A stretch of DNA of 45,569 nt. It comes from Thermoplasmatales archaeon SW_10_69_26 (GTDB lineage: Archaea; Thermoplasmatota; SW-10-69-26). Positions 1 to 9,195 of this stretch are shown here, piece by piece. Location of the stretch: positions 1-45,569 of the forward strand of contig PXUB01000006.1 in assembly GCA_003009755.1 (NCBI GenBank). Reading direction: 5' to 3'. A model generated the notes under the pieces. That model was given only the letters and a program-made list of their open reading frames with translations, was not told the origin of the DNA and ran no database searches. Made by a program: the position numbers and the translations under genes. Within the stretch, counting starts at the first letter, position 1, and each line of letters begins with the position of its first letter.

Positions 1-85
1 AAGGCGTTGCGGGGTCTTGTCCAAGTGGGGCGGGTGACGCGCGAGCAGTTGAAGGGTGGGGCGGAGGCGGAGTTATATTGAAAGC

Positions 86-600
86 CCACGGTCAGCACCC
101 TCGACAGAGACCGCTGCGAGGTGTCCACGAGGTCTGCGATGGCGAGCGGTCTCTGGCGATTCGACACGGCCTCGGTGGTATCCACGGTCGGCCGTGCTCT
201 CGCCAGAGACCACCTTGACGTGTCCACGAGGTCCCCGACGGTGCCCGGTCTCTGGCGATCCAGCCGGATCGAAGATCCGGTCTCTGTTCGTGTACGCGAT
301 CTTAAATCCACTGTCGGTACACGATGGCGCGACGCGAGCATCGAGCCTCACGGTGGCTGCGAGGCTAGCGATGCTCGCGATTCGGACGAGCTCTCTCGCG
401 GTTTCCCCAGCTCGTCCTCTCTACGCGATCGTCGTTATATCCATTGGAGGTAGACGATCGCGTAGACGCTGTCACGCGACCATCGGACGAGCGCTCGACA
501 CCGTCAGCGATGGTCGCGATTCGGCCGGATCGAAGATCCGGCCTCTGTTCGTGTACGCGATCTTAGATCCACTGTAGGTACACGATCGCGTAGACGAACA
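86..600. repeat. Tandem array of hairpin cassettes containing duplicated cox3 3' ends
   Basis: 263-325 matches 524-586 at 60/63 nt. cox3-end copies lie at 435-467 and 302-328 (minus). Stems: 546-562/584-600, 523-543, 475-485/508-518, 420-433/453-466, 384-392/409-417, 333-343/369-379, 264-280, 200-211/247-258, 165-171/190-196, 101-115/145-159. GTGTCCACGAGGTC occurs at 121-134 and 220-233. Confidence 0.9.
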
Positions 601-1363
601 CCCAAACCAGGTCAACGAAGTGCCAGTAGATCGCGGCGGCTTCGAGGAGCACGTGGCGTTCGGCGTCGAACTGGTCGTGCACGAACGCCCGCCAGGTGAC
701 GACGCCGAGCACGAACAGGCCGGCGAGCACGTGCAAGCCGTGGGTGCCGGTGAGCAGGTAGAAGGTCGTGCCGAACGGGTGCGTGGTGAGGGTCAGGCCC
801 TCGTGGACCAGGTGGTAGTACTCCATCCCCTGGCCGACCATGAAGATGCCACCCAGCAGGAGCGTGAGCAGCATGTGGCCCTTGAACGCGCTCCGATTGC
901 CGATCCGGAGGGCGCTGTGGGCCCAGTGCATCGTGGCGCCGCTGAACAGCAGAACGATCGTGAACATGCCCGTCGTCCCGATCGGGAGATGCGGCGTGCC
1001 TTCCGGTGGCCACATCGCGGCCGTGTCCGCGAAGTTGTAGTACGTCGCGAACAGCGAGCCGAAGATCATGATCTCGCTGCCGATGAACAACAGCACGCCC
1101 CATCGGCCGACGCGGGGGCCGGTGCCGACGCGGTCGTCGAACCACTCGACGTCCTCCCGAAGCCAGCCGAGCCCGGAGACGGCGAACGCGAGGAACCCGA
1201 CGATCAGCATCGGACCGATGCGCAGCTCGCCCAGGCCCGGGTCCCACACGGTCGGGCCGGGCACGATCAGGCCGAGGCCAAGCAGCACGACCCCGAGGCC
1301 GAAGGCCAGCGGCCACCAGCTCTGGTGCGGGAGCTCGTAGGCTTGGGTCTCGGCGTCAGCCAT
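563..1363 (-). CDS. coxC: Cytochrome c oxidase subunit III
   Basis: Hydrophobic 266 aa with LFIGSE, TGTHGLHV and YWHFVDLVW motifs; abuts the cox1 stop. Confidence 0.95.
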   Translation of the reverse strand: MADAETQAYELPHQSWWPLAFGLGVVLLGLGLIVPGPTVWDPGLGELRIGPMLIVGFLAFAVSGLGWLREDVEWFDDRVGTGPRVGRWGVLLFIGSEIMIFGSLFATYYNFADTAAMWPPEGTPHLPIGTTGMFTIVLLFSGATMHWAHSALRIGNRSAFKGHMLLTLLLGGIFMVGQGMEYYHLVHEGLTLTTHPFGTTFYLLTGTHGLHVLAGLFVLGVVTWRAFVHDQFDAERHVLLEAAAIYWHFVDLVWVFVYAIVYLQWI

Positions 1364-2947
1364 CTAGGACGCCTCCTCGGCTTGGACAGCCGGGGTCCCA
1401 GGGCCCGGGCTCTCGGGAACCCAGTCGTCTTGCTCCCACTCGGGCCGCTGTTCGCCGCCCCACGGGTCCTCGTGCACGACCGGTCCGGCCGTGAAGGACC
1501 AGAGAGCGTTGATCATGAACACGAGGATGCCGGCTCCGATCAGGAAGCCGCCGACCGTGGACGCCTGGTTCATGCCGGTCCACCCGGCGCCCGCGGCGTA
1601 GTCGAAGATGCGTCGCCGCATCCCCTGCAGCCCGAGGACGAACTGCGGGAAGAAGGCAACGTTGAACCCGATGAACATGAGCCAGAAGTGGATCTTCGCC
1701 ATCGCCATGTTGTACATCTTGCCGGAGAACATCCGCGGCCACCAGTAGTACAGGGCCGCGAAGATGCCGAACATGGCGCCGCCCACCATCGTGTAGTGGA
1801 AGTGAGCGACGACGAAGTACGTGTCGTGAACGTGCAGATCGAAGGGGACGGCGGCCAACATCACGCCGGTGATGCCGCCGATCACGAACAGCCAGATGAA
1901 GCCCATCGCGTGCAGCATCGGTGGCTTCAGGTCGATGACGCCGCCCCACATCGTCGCCAGCCAGTTGAACACCTTGATTCCGGTGGGGACGGCGATCACC
2001 AAGCTCATCGCCATGAACCCGAGATCTGCGGCGGGGTTCATGCCGGTCGTGAACATGTGGTGGGCCCAGACGAGGAACCCGAGCGAGGCGATGGCGATGA
2101 TCGCGTACGCCATCGAGTGGTACCCGAAGATCGGGCGGTTGCTGAACTTCGACACGACCTCGCTCAAGATCCCGAACGCCGGTAAGATCAACACGTAGAC
2201 TTCGGGATGCCCGAAGAACCAGAACAGGTGTTGGTACAAGATCGGGTCGCCACCTGGCCCGGTGAAGAAGGTGGTGCCGAGGTTGCGGTCGAACAGCAGG
2301 AAGGTGAAAGCGATCGTGACGACGGGCAGCGAGAACAGCAACAGCAGCGAGGTGGCCATCTGCGCCCAGCAGAACAGAGGCATGTTGTGGATCTCGACGT
2401 CCTCGCCACGCATGCCGAAGATCGTGGCCAGGAAGTTCACGCTACCGAGCGTGCTCGCCACGCCCAGCAAGATCAGCCCCATCAGCCACAGGTCCAGCCC
2501 GGTGTTGGGGTCGGCGACGGACAAGGGCGGGTAGCCGGTCCAGCCGACGTTGACGGTCGTGATGCCCGGCACGATGAGCCCAGCCGAGATCATCAGCCCG
2601 GCCGGTGGGATCAACCAGAACGAGAGCGCGTTCACGCGCGGGAACGCCATGTCCGGGGCTTCGAGCATCAACGGCACGAAGTAGTTCGCGAACCCGGCCA
2701 GTGCTGGCTGGATCCACAGGAAGATCATCAGCGTGCCGTGGAGGCTGAACAGCTCGTTGTACGTGCCCCCACTCATGATGTCCTGACCCGGGAAGAACAG
2801 CTCCATCCGAACGAGGAGCGCCGCGACCCCACCGATGATGAAGAACGCGAAGGCAGCCCAGAAGTACAGCAGACCGATGTCCTTGTGGTCGACGGTGGTG
2901 AGCCACCGCTTGATGCCCTCGGGGTTCTCGTGGGCGTCCTCGGCCAT
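1364..2947 (-). CDS. coxA: Heme-copper oxidase subunit I, A1-type
   Basis: TTVDHKDIG, WFFGHPEVY, VWAHHMF and VAHFHY metal-ligand motifs. Confidence 0.97.
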   Translation of the reverse strand: MAEDAHENPEGIKRWLTTVDHKDIGLLYFWAAFAFFIIGGVAALLVRMELFFPGQDIMSGGTYNELFSLHGTLMIFLWIQPALAGFANYFVPLMLEAPDMAFPRVNALSFWLIPPAGLMISAGLIVPGITTVNVGWTGYPPLSVADPNTGLDLWLMGLILLGVASTLGSVNFLATIFGMRGEDVEIHNMPLFCWAQMATSLLLLFSLPVVTIAFTFLLFDRNLGTTFFTGPGGDPILYQHLFWFFGHPEVYVLILPAFGILSEVVSKFSNRPIFGYHSMAYAIIAIASLGFLVWAHHMFTTGMNPAADLGFMAMSLVIAVPTGIKVFNWLATMWGGVIDLKPPMLHAMGFIWLFVIGGITGVMLAAVPFDLHVHDTYFVVAHFHYTMVGGAMFGIFAALYYWWPRMFSGKMYNMAMAKIHFWLMFIGFNVAFFPQFVLGLQGMRRRIFDYAAGAGWTGMNQASTVGGFLIGAGILVFMINALWSFTAGPVVHEDPWGGEQRPEWEQDDWVPESPGPGTPAVQAEEAS

Positions 2948-3074
2948 CGAGAAGCGGAGAAGGACACCCCTTAGAAAACCTTACCGATGGCGGGTCGCCG
3001 CATGGGTCCTCCGGCCATCCCATCGGAGCGCGCAAGGCTTTTCAACAGGTCCACGGCTGGCTCGCCGAGCCCGT

Positions 3075-4382
3075 ATGCGCTGGGCCTCTCTCGCCTCGAT
3101 CGTCGCGCTCGTGGTGATCGCTCCCGAGACCCTCGCCTCCTGGGGGATGCCGGACGCGGTCAACGAACGGATGCAGACCATCGAGTCGATCTACCTGCAG
3201 TTGTTGCTCATCGGCGCGGTCGTCTTCCTCGTCGTGTTCGGCTGGCTGGGTTACAACCTCGTCAAGTTCCGTCCCGGTGGCGAGGGTGAACCCTCCTACG
3301 AGGAGCACCGCGGGAACATCAAGGCCGAGGTCATCTGGACCGCGATCCCGATCCTGATCGTCGCCTGGGTGGGCTTCATCAGCTTCGACGGCTTCCAGCA
3401 GTTGCAAGCCGAGCCCGAGGAGCCCGCCGCCGAGATCCAGATGGAGGGCTTCCAGTGGTTCTGGCAGGCGCGCTACAGCGGGGACGTCAGCCTCTCCCAG
3501 CAACCCGGCGACGCCGGCAGCCTCGAGGGCGAGGATCCGTTCCTCATCCCCGCCAACGAACCGGTGGTGGTCAACGTCACCTCCGGCGACGTGCAGCACG
3601 CCTTCGCGATCCCCGAGCTGGGCGTCAAGGCTGATGCCTACCCCGGCGAGACGAACACCGTCTCGTTCACCGCACCCGAGGGCGAGTACATCATCCAGTG
3701 CGCCGAGCTCTGCGGGAACCCCGGGCACGCCTACATGCGCGCCAAGCTGCACGCCGTCCCCCAAGACCAGTACGAGGACTGGATCGCCGAACAGGAGCGC
3801 CAAGCCCAGCTCAGCGGGCAGGCCATCGGGGTGAACATCACGGCTGGGGGCCTGCAGCCCTCCGAGCTCACCGGCTTCGCGGGCGTCCCCACCGATCTCG
3901 TCGTCACCAACCAGGCCGACGAAGCCCGTTCGCTCAGCGTCGAGGGCGTCGAGGACGCCACGACCGACGACATCGAACCGGGCGAGTCCGCTCGACTACC
4001 GGTGAACCTCGAGGCCGGCGAGTACACGCTCGACAGCCAGGGCGACACGGCCACGCTCGACGTGCGCGAGGTCGAGTCGGTGTCCGTCGAGCTCGACGAG
4101 TGGGCGATCCGTGGCGACCGCACGGAGTTCGAGGCCGGCCAAGCCTACCTGTTGAACGTGGAGAACGTCGGCAACAGCGTGCACAACCTCTTGATCGGTA
4201 CCCCCGAAGAGGAGGGCAGCGAGGACGAGGTGGTCTGGCAGACGGAGAACCTCGACCCCGGCGCCTCGACGACGCTGTTGATCCAACCCTCCGAGGACCA
4301 GGTGGGCGACTGGACGTGGTGGTGCGACATCTCCGGCCACTACGCCCAAGGCATGCGCGGCGACATCACCGTCGTCGAGTAG
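3075..4382 (+). CDS. coxB: Cytochrome c oxidase subunit II with two C-terminal cupredoxin-like domains
   Basis: Signal peptide, two TM helices, FQWFW, CuA ligands (DVQH...CAELCGNPGHAYM); last domain has HN...CDISGHYAQGM. ATG 3075 chosen because the longer ORF overlaps cox1. Confidence 0.92.
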   Translation: MRWASLASIVALVVIAPETLASWGMPDAVNERMQTIESIYLQLLLIGAVVFLVVFGWLGYNLVKFRPGGEGEPSYEEHRGNIKAEVIWTAIPILIVAWVGFISFDGFQQLQAEPEEPAAEIQMEGFQWFWQARYSGDVSLSQQPGDAGSLEGEDPFLIPANEPVVVNVTSGDVQHAFAIPELGVKADAYPGETNTVSFTAPEGEYIIQCAELCGNPGHAYMRAKLHAVPQDQYEDWIAEQERQAQLSGQAIGVNITAGGLQPSELTGFAGVPTDLVVTNQADEARSLSVEGVEDATTDDIEPGESARLPVNLEAGEYTLDSQGDTATLDVREVESVSVELDEWAIRGDRTEFEAGQAYLLNVENVGNSVHNLLIGTPEEEGSEDEVVWQTENLDPGASTTLLIQPSEDQVGDWTWWCDISGHYAQGMRGDITVVE

Positions 4383-4422
4383 GGCGAAGCCTTCTTGACG
4401 GGGACCCGGCTACTCGCCTGTG

Positions 4423-4887
4423 ATGGTCACGTACTGGGGCCTGGCCGCGATCGTCACCGGGATCGTCGCCCTCGTCGCGATCACCGTCGTCGCCAGTCAA
4501 CTGTTCCTCACCTACGGCGAGCGCGCCCGGTGCTCGCGATGCGGGGCCACGCTCGCCGAGGAAGGCGAGGACTGCACCGTGTGCGAGGCTCCGATGGCCC
4601 AGCCCCAGCCCACGGGGACCGAGGGGAACGGCCGCGGCACGATCGAGGTCGACGAGTCCCAGCTCCCGACCAAGGACCCCGAGGCCGGCGCGTTGAACCC
4701 CGGCGTCTCCGAGCGCATGGTGCGCTGGGCGCTGATCGTGATGTTCGCCGGCATCGGCGTGCGCCTGCTCGGCATGCTGGAACCCGTTGGCCTGGACGTG
4801 GGCCTGTCCCAGACCGTCATGGCGACGTTCACCGTCATCGGCGGGATCGCGATGTTCCTGGCGTTCGTTGTGCTCGACCTGGCGTGA
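4423..4887 (+). CDS. Membrane protein with zinc-ribbon motif
   Basis: N-terminal TM, CSRC...CTVC, two C-terminal TM helices. Confidence 0.75.
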   Translation: MVTYWGLAAIVTGIVALVAITVVASQLFLTYGERARCSRCGATLAEEGEDCTVCEAPMAQPQPTGTEGNGRGTIEVDESQLPTKDPEAGALNPGVSERMVRWALIVMFAGIGVRLLGMLEPVGLDVGLSQTVMATFTVIGGIAMFLAFVVLDLA

Positions 4888-4926
4888 GCCACCGCTCGCC
4901 GGCTCCCGATCGACGCGGCGCCGCGT

Positions 4927-6279
4927 CTATCCGCCGCCTCGCCTCCGGCGGAGGAGGGCCACGCCGGCGAGGAGGAGCGCCACGGCAGCCAGCGACGGCG
5001 CCGGAACCATCGTGCGCATGCCGGTCTGCTCGTCGTGCATCGCGATGGTCCAGCCCGTCGCATCCTCGCTGAGCGCCGTGAACCGGATCTCGTCGCCCGG
5101 CGAGACGTGGCCGTCGCCGTCGACGTCCTCGTAGACGAGCTTGGCATCCGCGGTCGTCGTGGCCCCGGTCTCTGCCGGCAATGCCAGCACCGGGTCCTCG
5201 GTCCGCGGGCGGTTGTCGAGCAGGTGGACCTCGGCCTCCTCGAGCGAGACCATCCCTGGCTGGTGGGAGGGCTGCACGGTGCGCGTGCGGGTGTCGTTCA
5301 CCTCGTAGGACGGGCTGCCCAGCGTGCCCTCGGTGTCCTCGGGCGTCAAGATCGCCATCGAAGCCAACCGATGGAGATCCTCCTCGTAGCGGTGGTGGAC
5401 CTCGTCCTCGTACCCGAACGTGGCGTCGATGCGGGCCCCGTCGTCGAAGGGCGGTTCCCCGTCGGCTTCCTCGACCGTGCCGTTCATCGCTAGCAGCCGC
5501 TCGGTGTCTTGGGCGAGCACGAACCGGAGATCCAGCGAGGTCGTCGCGTTGTCGTGCTGGACGTGGATCTCGCGAGCGGGATCGCCCTCGTAGGTGATCG
5601 TCCGATCGCTCACGGTGGCCTCGTCGGGCATGTCTTCGAGCTCACCCGTCAGGTTGTGGGCCAGCTGCTGAGGGGACAGACTGTCACTGGTGGAGCTGGA
5701 ACTGGAGGTCAGACTCATCTCATCCTCGAGATCGGTGAGGTTGCTCGCGGATTCGTTCCAATCCGCCGACTCATTGTACACGGTGATGGCCGAGGATGGG
5801 GTCCCCACGAACGTGGTCTGGTGGATCTGGCCGAACAGGATGCCGTCCATGTCTCCGACCAGGTTCTGGCTGGCGGCCGCCTCTTCGTCGGCGTCGGAGG
5901 GTTGGATCTGGCTGAGGCCCTCGAAGCTGACGATCGCCGTTCGATCGGCGGGATCGAACAGGACCCCCATGTGGAAGGTCCCCTCGCCGTCGAGCGGTTC
6001 CATCGTGATCGACGCGGATCGGCGAGGGATCTCTTCCTGGGCTTGGTCCACCTCGACGAAGGACGAGCCCACGGCTTGCTCGACCTCGGTGACCTCGACC
6101 TCGTCCGCCGGCTCGGTGTCGGCCGCGTCGGCGTCGGCCTCCTTGGTGGTGGGGGAACCATCGGTGACCACGTCTTGGGTGGCTTCCCCGATCGGTTCCA
6201 GGCAGCCGGACAACGGGGCCAACAGCAACAGGCTGGCCACGATCGCTCCACGCCAGTCGGACCTCGCAGCATCGAACAC
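4927..6279 (-). CDS. Acidic surface lipoprotein with C-terminal sorting-like signal
   Basis: Lipobox LSGC; ends VPAPS + hydrophobic helix + RRRR. Confidence 0.8.
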   Translation of the reverse strand: MFDAARSDWRGAIVASLLLLAPLSGCLEPIGEATQDVVTDGSPTTKEADADAADTEPADEVEVTEVEQAVGSSFVEVDQAQEEIPRRSASITMEPLDGEGTFHMGVLFDPADRTAIVSFEGLSQIQPSDADEEAAASQNLVGDMDGILFGQIHQTTFVGTPSSAITVYNESADWNESASNLTDLEDEMSLTSSSSSTSDSLSPQQLAHNLTGELEDMPDEATVSDRTITYEGDPAREIHVQHDNATTSLDLRFVLAQDTERLLAMNGTVEEADGEPPFDDGARIDATFGYEDEVHHRYEEDLHRLASMAILTPEDTEGTLGSPSYEVNDTRTRTVQPSHQPGMVSLEEAEVHLLDNRPRTEDPVLALPAETGATTTADAKLVYEDVDGDGHVSPGDEIRFTALSEDATGWTIAMHDEQTGMRTMVPAPSLAAVALLLAGVALLRRRRGGG

Positions 6280-6370
6280 GGTGAGCCACGCCCCACCGGC
6301 TCGACCGAGGGGGACTCATATCGTTTGGGTCAGCGCACGGCCCGGCCCGCCGACGGCGCGAGCACCGCGT

Positions 6371-7921
6371 CTACAGCGGGATGTTGCCGTGCTTGCGCGA
6401 GGGGCGGTCGGCGCGCTTGTCCTCGAGCATGTCGAGCGCGTCGATCAGCCTCGGGCGCGTCTCCTCCGGCATGATGACGTCGTCGAGGTAGCCGCGCGCG
6501 GCGGCCTTGTAGGGGTGGGCGAACTCCTCGCGGTACTCGTCGACGAGCTCGGTCGTCTTGGCGTCTCGATCGTCGGCGTCCTCGAGTTCGTCGCGGTAGA
6601 GGATCTGCACGGCGCCATCGGGGCCCATCACGGCCAGCTCGGCCCCGGGCCAGGCGACGTTGTAGTCGGCGCGGATGTGCTTGGAGTTCATCACGTCGTA
6701 GGCGCCGCCGTAGGCTTTGCGCAGGATGACGGTCAGCTTGGGCACGGTGGCCTCGGCGAAGGCGTACAGCAGCTTGGCGCCGTGATCGATGATGCCGTTC
6801 CACTCCTGCTCGGTGCCGGGCAGGAACCCGGGCACGTCCTCGAAGGTGACGAGCGGGATGTTGAACGCGTCGCAGAACCGGACGAAGCGGGCTCCCTTGC
6901 GGGAGGCCTCGATGTCGAGGGTGCCGGCAAGCACCTTGGGCTGGTTGGCGACGACGCCGACCGGCTTGCCGTCGAGGCGGGCGAACCCGCACACGATGTT
7001 GTCGGCGAAGTCCTCGTGCACCTCGTAGAAGAAGCCCTCGTCGACGACCTTGCGGATGACCTCCTTGACGTCGTAGGGCTTCTCGGGGTCGTCGGGCACG
7101 ATCTCGCGCAGATCCTCGTCGGTGCGGTCGACCTCGTCGTCGACCTCGGCCTCGGGCGGCTGCTCGCGGTTGCTGGCCGGCAGGAACTGCAGCAGCTCGC
7201 GCACGTTCCACAGGGCTTCCTCCTCGCTTTCGACCGTCTTGTGCGCGACGCCGGACTTCTCGGCGTGCGTGGAGGCGCCGCCGAGCTCCTCGAAGGTGAC
7301 GTCCTCGTTGGTGACCTGCTTGATCACGTCGGGACCGGTGATGAACATGTGGCTGGTGTCCTCGACCATGATCGTGAAGTCCGTGATCGCGGGCGAGTAC
7401 ACCGCGCCGCCGGCGCAGGGTCCCATGATGACGCTGATCTGCGGCACGACGCCGCTGGCGTTCGTGTTGCGCCAGAAGATCTCGGCGTAGCCGCCGAGCG
7501 CGTCGACGCCCTCCTGGATGCGCGCGCCGCCGCTGTCGTTGAGGCCGACGACCGGGGCGCCGGTCTCGACGGCCATGTCCATGATCTTGCAGATCTTCTC
7601 GGCGTGCGCCTCGCCCAGGGAGCCACCGAACACGGTGAAGTCCTGCGCGAAGACGAAGATCTTGCGTCCGTTGACCTCGCCCCAGCCGGTGACGACGCCG
7701 TCGCCGGGGACCTTGTTATCCTCCATCCCGAACTGGGTCGCCCGGTGCTCCTTGAACGGGTCGACCTCGTGGAAGGTGCCCTCGTCGAGCAGGATCTCGA
7801 TGCGTTCGCGAGCGGTGAGCTTGCCGGCCTTGTGTTGCTTGGCGATGCGCTCCTCGCCGCCGCCCTTGCGGGCGTCCTCGCGACGCTCCTCGAGCTCCTC
7901 GATCCGGTCCTCGGCCGTCAT
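6371..7921 (-). CDS. pccB: Acyl-CoA (propionyl/methylmalonyl-CoA) carboxyltransferase beta subunit
   Basis: [45 protein letters not shown]; start MTAEDRI at 7921. Confidence 0.95.
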   Translation of the reverse strand: MTAEDRIEELEERREDARKGGGEERIAKQHKAGKLTARERIEILLDEGTFHEVDPFKEHRATQFGMEDNKVPGDGVVTGWGEVNGRKIFVFAQDFTVFGGSLGEAHAEKICKIMDMAVETGAPVVGLNDSGGARIQEGVDALGGYAEIFWRNTNASGVVPQISVIMGPCAGGAVYSPAITDFTIMVEDTSHMFITGPDVIKQVTNEDVTFEELGGASTHAEKSGVAHKTVESEEEALWNVRELLQFLPASNREQPPEAEVDDEVDRTDEDLREIVPDDPEKPYDVKEVIRKVVDEGFFYEVHEDFADNIVCGFARLDGKPVGVVANQPKVLAGTLDIEASRKGARFVRFCDAFNIPLVTFEDVPGFLPGTEQEWNGIIDHGAKLLYAFAEATVPKLTVILRKAYGGAYDVMNSKHIRADYNVAWPGAELAVMGPDGAVQILYRDELEDADDRDAKTTELVDEYREEFAHPYKAAARGYLDDVIMPEETRPRLIDALDMLEDKRADRPSRKHGNIPL

Positions 7922-8003
7922 CGCCGGGGGAAGACGGGAGGCCAACAAGAACCTGGCGGCCACACGAGCGGCCGAGCGAGACCGAGGGTCGGTCCCGAAG
8001 TCC

Positions 8004-8013
8004 CAACGGTTTT
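8004..8013 (+). promoter_or_regulatory. Putative BRE/TATA-like promoter CAACGGTTTT
   Basis: Identical 10-mer at 8591-8600 and CACGGTTTT at 20122-20130, each ending 28-29 nt before an ATG (8042, 8628, 20158), consistent with leaderless transcripts. Confidence 0.55.
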
Positions 8014-8041
8014 CAAACGGTCCCGGTGAGCATCGTTGGGA

Positions 8042-8566
8042 ATGCAGGCTCCGCCGACCGCCGACGACGAGGAATCCCGCTTGCGGGCGCTGGAACGCTT
8101 CGACCTGGACGCGCCCGGTTGCCGTCGGGAGCTGGACGAATCCGCCCGGCTGGCCAGCTACGTGACCGGCGCCTCGGTGGGGTTGGTCACGGTGATCGGG
8201 GAGGATGAGCTGGGGATCAAGGCCTCGCGGAACTTCCCGCAGGGCACCGTCGACCGCGCGGCGACGATGTGTGCCCACCTGCTCTCCGACCCGGGCGAGC
8301 TGCTGGTCGTCCCGGACGCTCGCGAGGACCCACGGTTCGCCGACCACCCGGCGGTGACCGAGCTGGGCCTGCGGTTCTACGCCGGCGCCCCGTTGACCAC
8401 CGCCGAAGATCACGTCATCGGGTCGCTTTGCGCCTTCGACACCGAGCCCCGGGAGCTGGACCAGGAGCAGCGCGATCTGTTGGCCACGCTGGCTCGCCAG
8501 GCCATGCGTCGCGTGGTGGCGCGCCACCGGTTGCGTCAACTGGACGAGCAGATCGAGGCGCTGTGA
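8042..8566 (+). CDS. Stand-alone GAF domain protein
   Basis: EESRLRAL...[14 protein letters not shown]...RFYAGAPL...[11 protein letters not shown] signature. Confidence 0.88.
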   Translation: MQAPPTADDEESRLRALERFDLDAPGCRRELDESARLASYVTGASVGLVTVIGEDELGIKASRNFPQGTVDRAATMCAHLLSDPGELLVVPDAREDPRFADHPAVTELGLRFYAGAPLTTAEDHVIGSLCAFDTEPRELDQEQRDLLATLARQAMRRVVARHRLRQLDEQIEAL

Positions 8567-8618
8567 GGCGCGGCGGGAGGAGAAACAAGCCAACGGTTTT
8601 TACGCGGGGCTGGCAGAG

Positions 8619-9191
8619 ATGACCTCGATGCGCATCCCTCCTCGATCGGATCGCGAGCCGCAGCGCCTCGAGGCGCTCCGAGAGCACGGGATCCTGGACA
8701 CCGATCCCGAGCGCTCCTACGACGACCTGGTCGAGATCGCTTCCTACGTGGCGGAAACGCCCGCCGCGCTGATCACGCTCGTGGACGAGGACCGGCAGTG
8801 GGTGAAGGCCGCCGACGGTGTCCCGCGGAGCGAGCTTCCGCGAGAGATCTCCTTCTGCGCCCACCAGATCTCCGATCCCGACGAGATGCTGATCGTCGAG
8901 GACGCGCGGGAAGACCCACGCTTCGAGAACAACCCGCTGGTCGAGGACGAACCCCACATCCGGTTCTACGCCGGGCAACCGCTGCGGACCGAGGAGGGCC
9001 ACGTGCTGGGGTCGCTTTGCGTCATCGACTACGAGCCTCGCGACCTGGGGGAGGACCAACGAACGGCGCTGGAGGCGTTGGGGCGGCAAGCCAGCATCAA
9101 CCTGGACCAGCGCCGGGAGCGGCAACGCCTCGAGGAGCGCATCGAGACCCTCGAAGACCAACTCGAGGACAGCGGGCTCGGCCGCGTGTGA
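8619..9191 (+). CDS. Stand-alone GAF domain protein (paralog; start may be 8628)
   Basis: RLEAL...ILDT...SFCAH...[14 protein letters not shown]...RFYAGQPL...GSLCVID. Confidence 0.9.
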   Translation: MTSMRIPPRSDREPQRLEALREHGILDTDPERSYDDLVEIASYVAETPAALITLVDEDRQWVKAADGVPRSELPREISFCAHQISDPDEMLIVEDAREDPRFENNPLVEDEPHIRFYAGQPLRTEEGHVLGSLCVIDYEPRDLGEDQRTALEALGRQASINLDQRRERQRLEERIETLEDQLEDSGLGRV

Positions 9192-9195
9192 TCAG

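Noticed and set aside
56-577. ORFs 56..577, 73..351 and 121..453
   Set aside because: They run through the hairpin array, are Arg/Ser-rich and do not match the acidic host proteome.
86-600. CRISPR array
   Set aside because: No constant 25-40 bp repeat with unique spacers and no cas genes; the repeated parts are gene-end copies and hairpins.
5690-8029. Long antisense ORFs (also 620..2185, 11987..13816, 17090..19543, 28761..30563, 30958..32919, 33065..34729, 43540..45480)
   Set aside because: Shadow frames of real genes in high-GC DNA; no recognisable motifs except the DUF4383 part of the last one.
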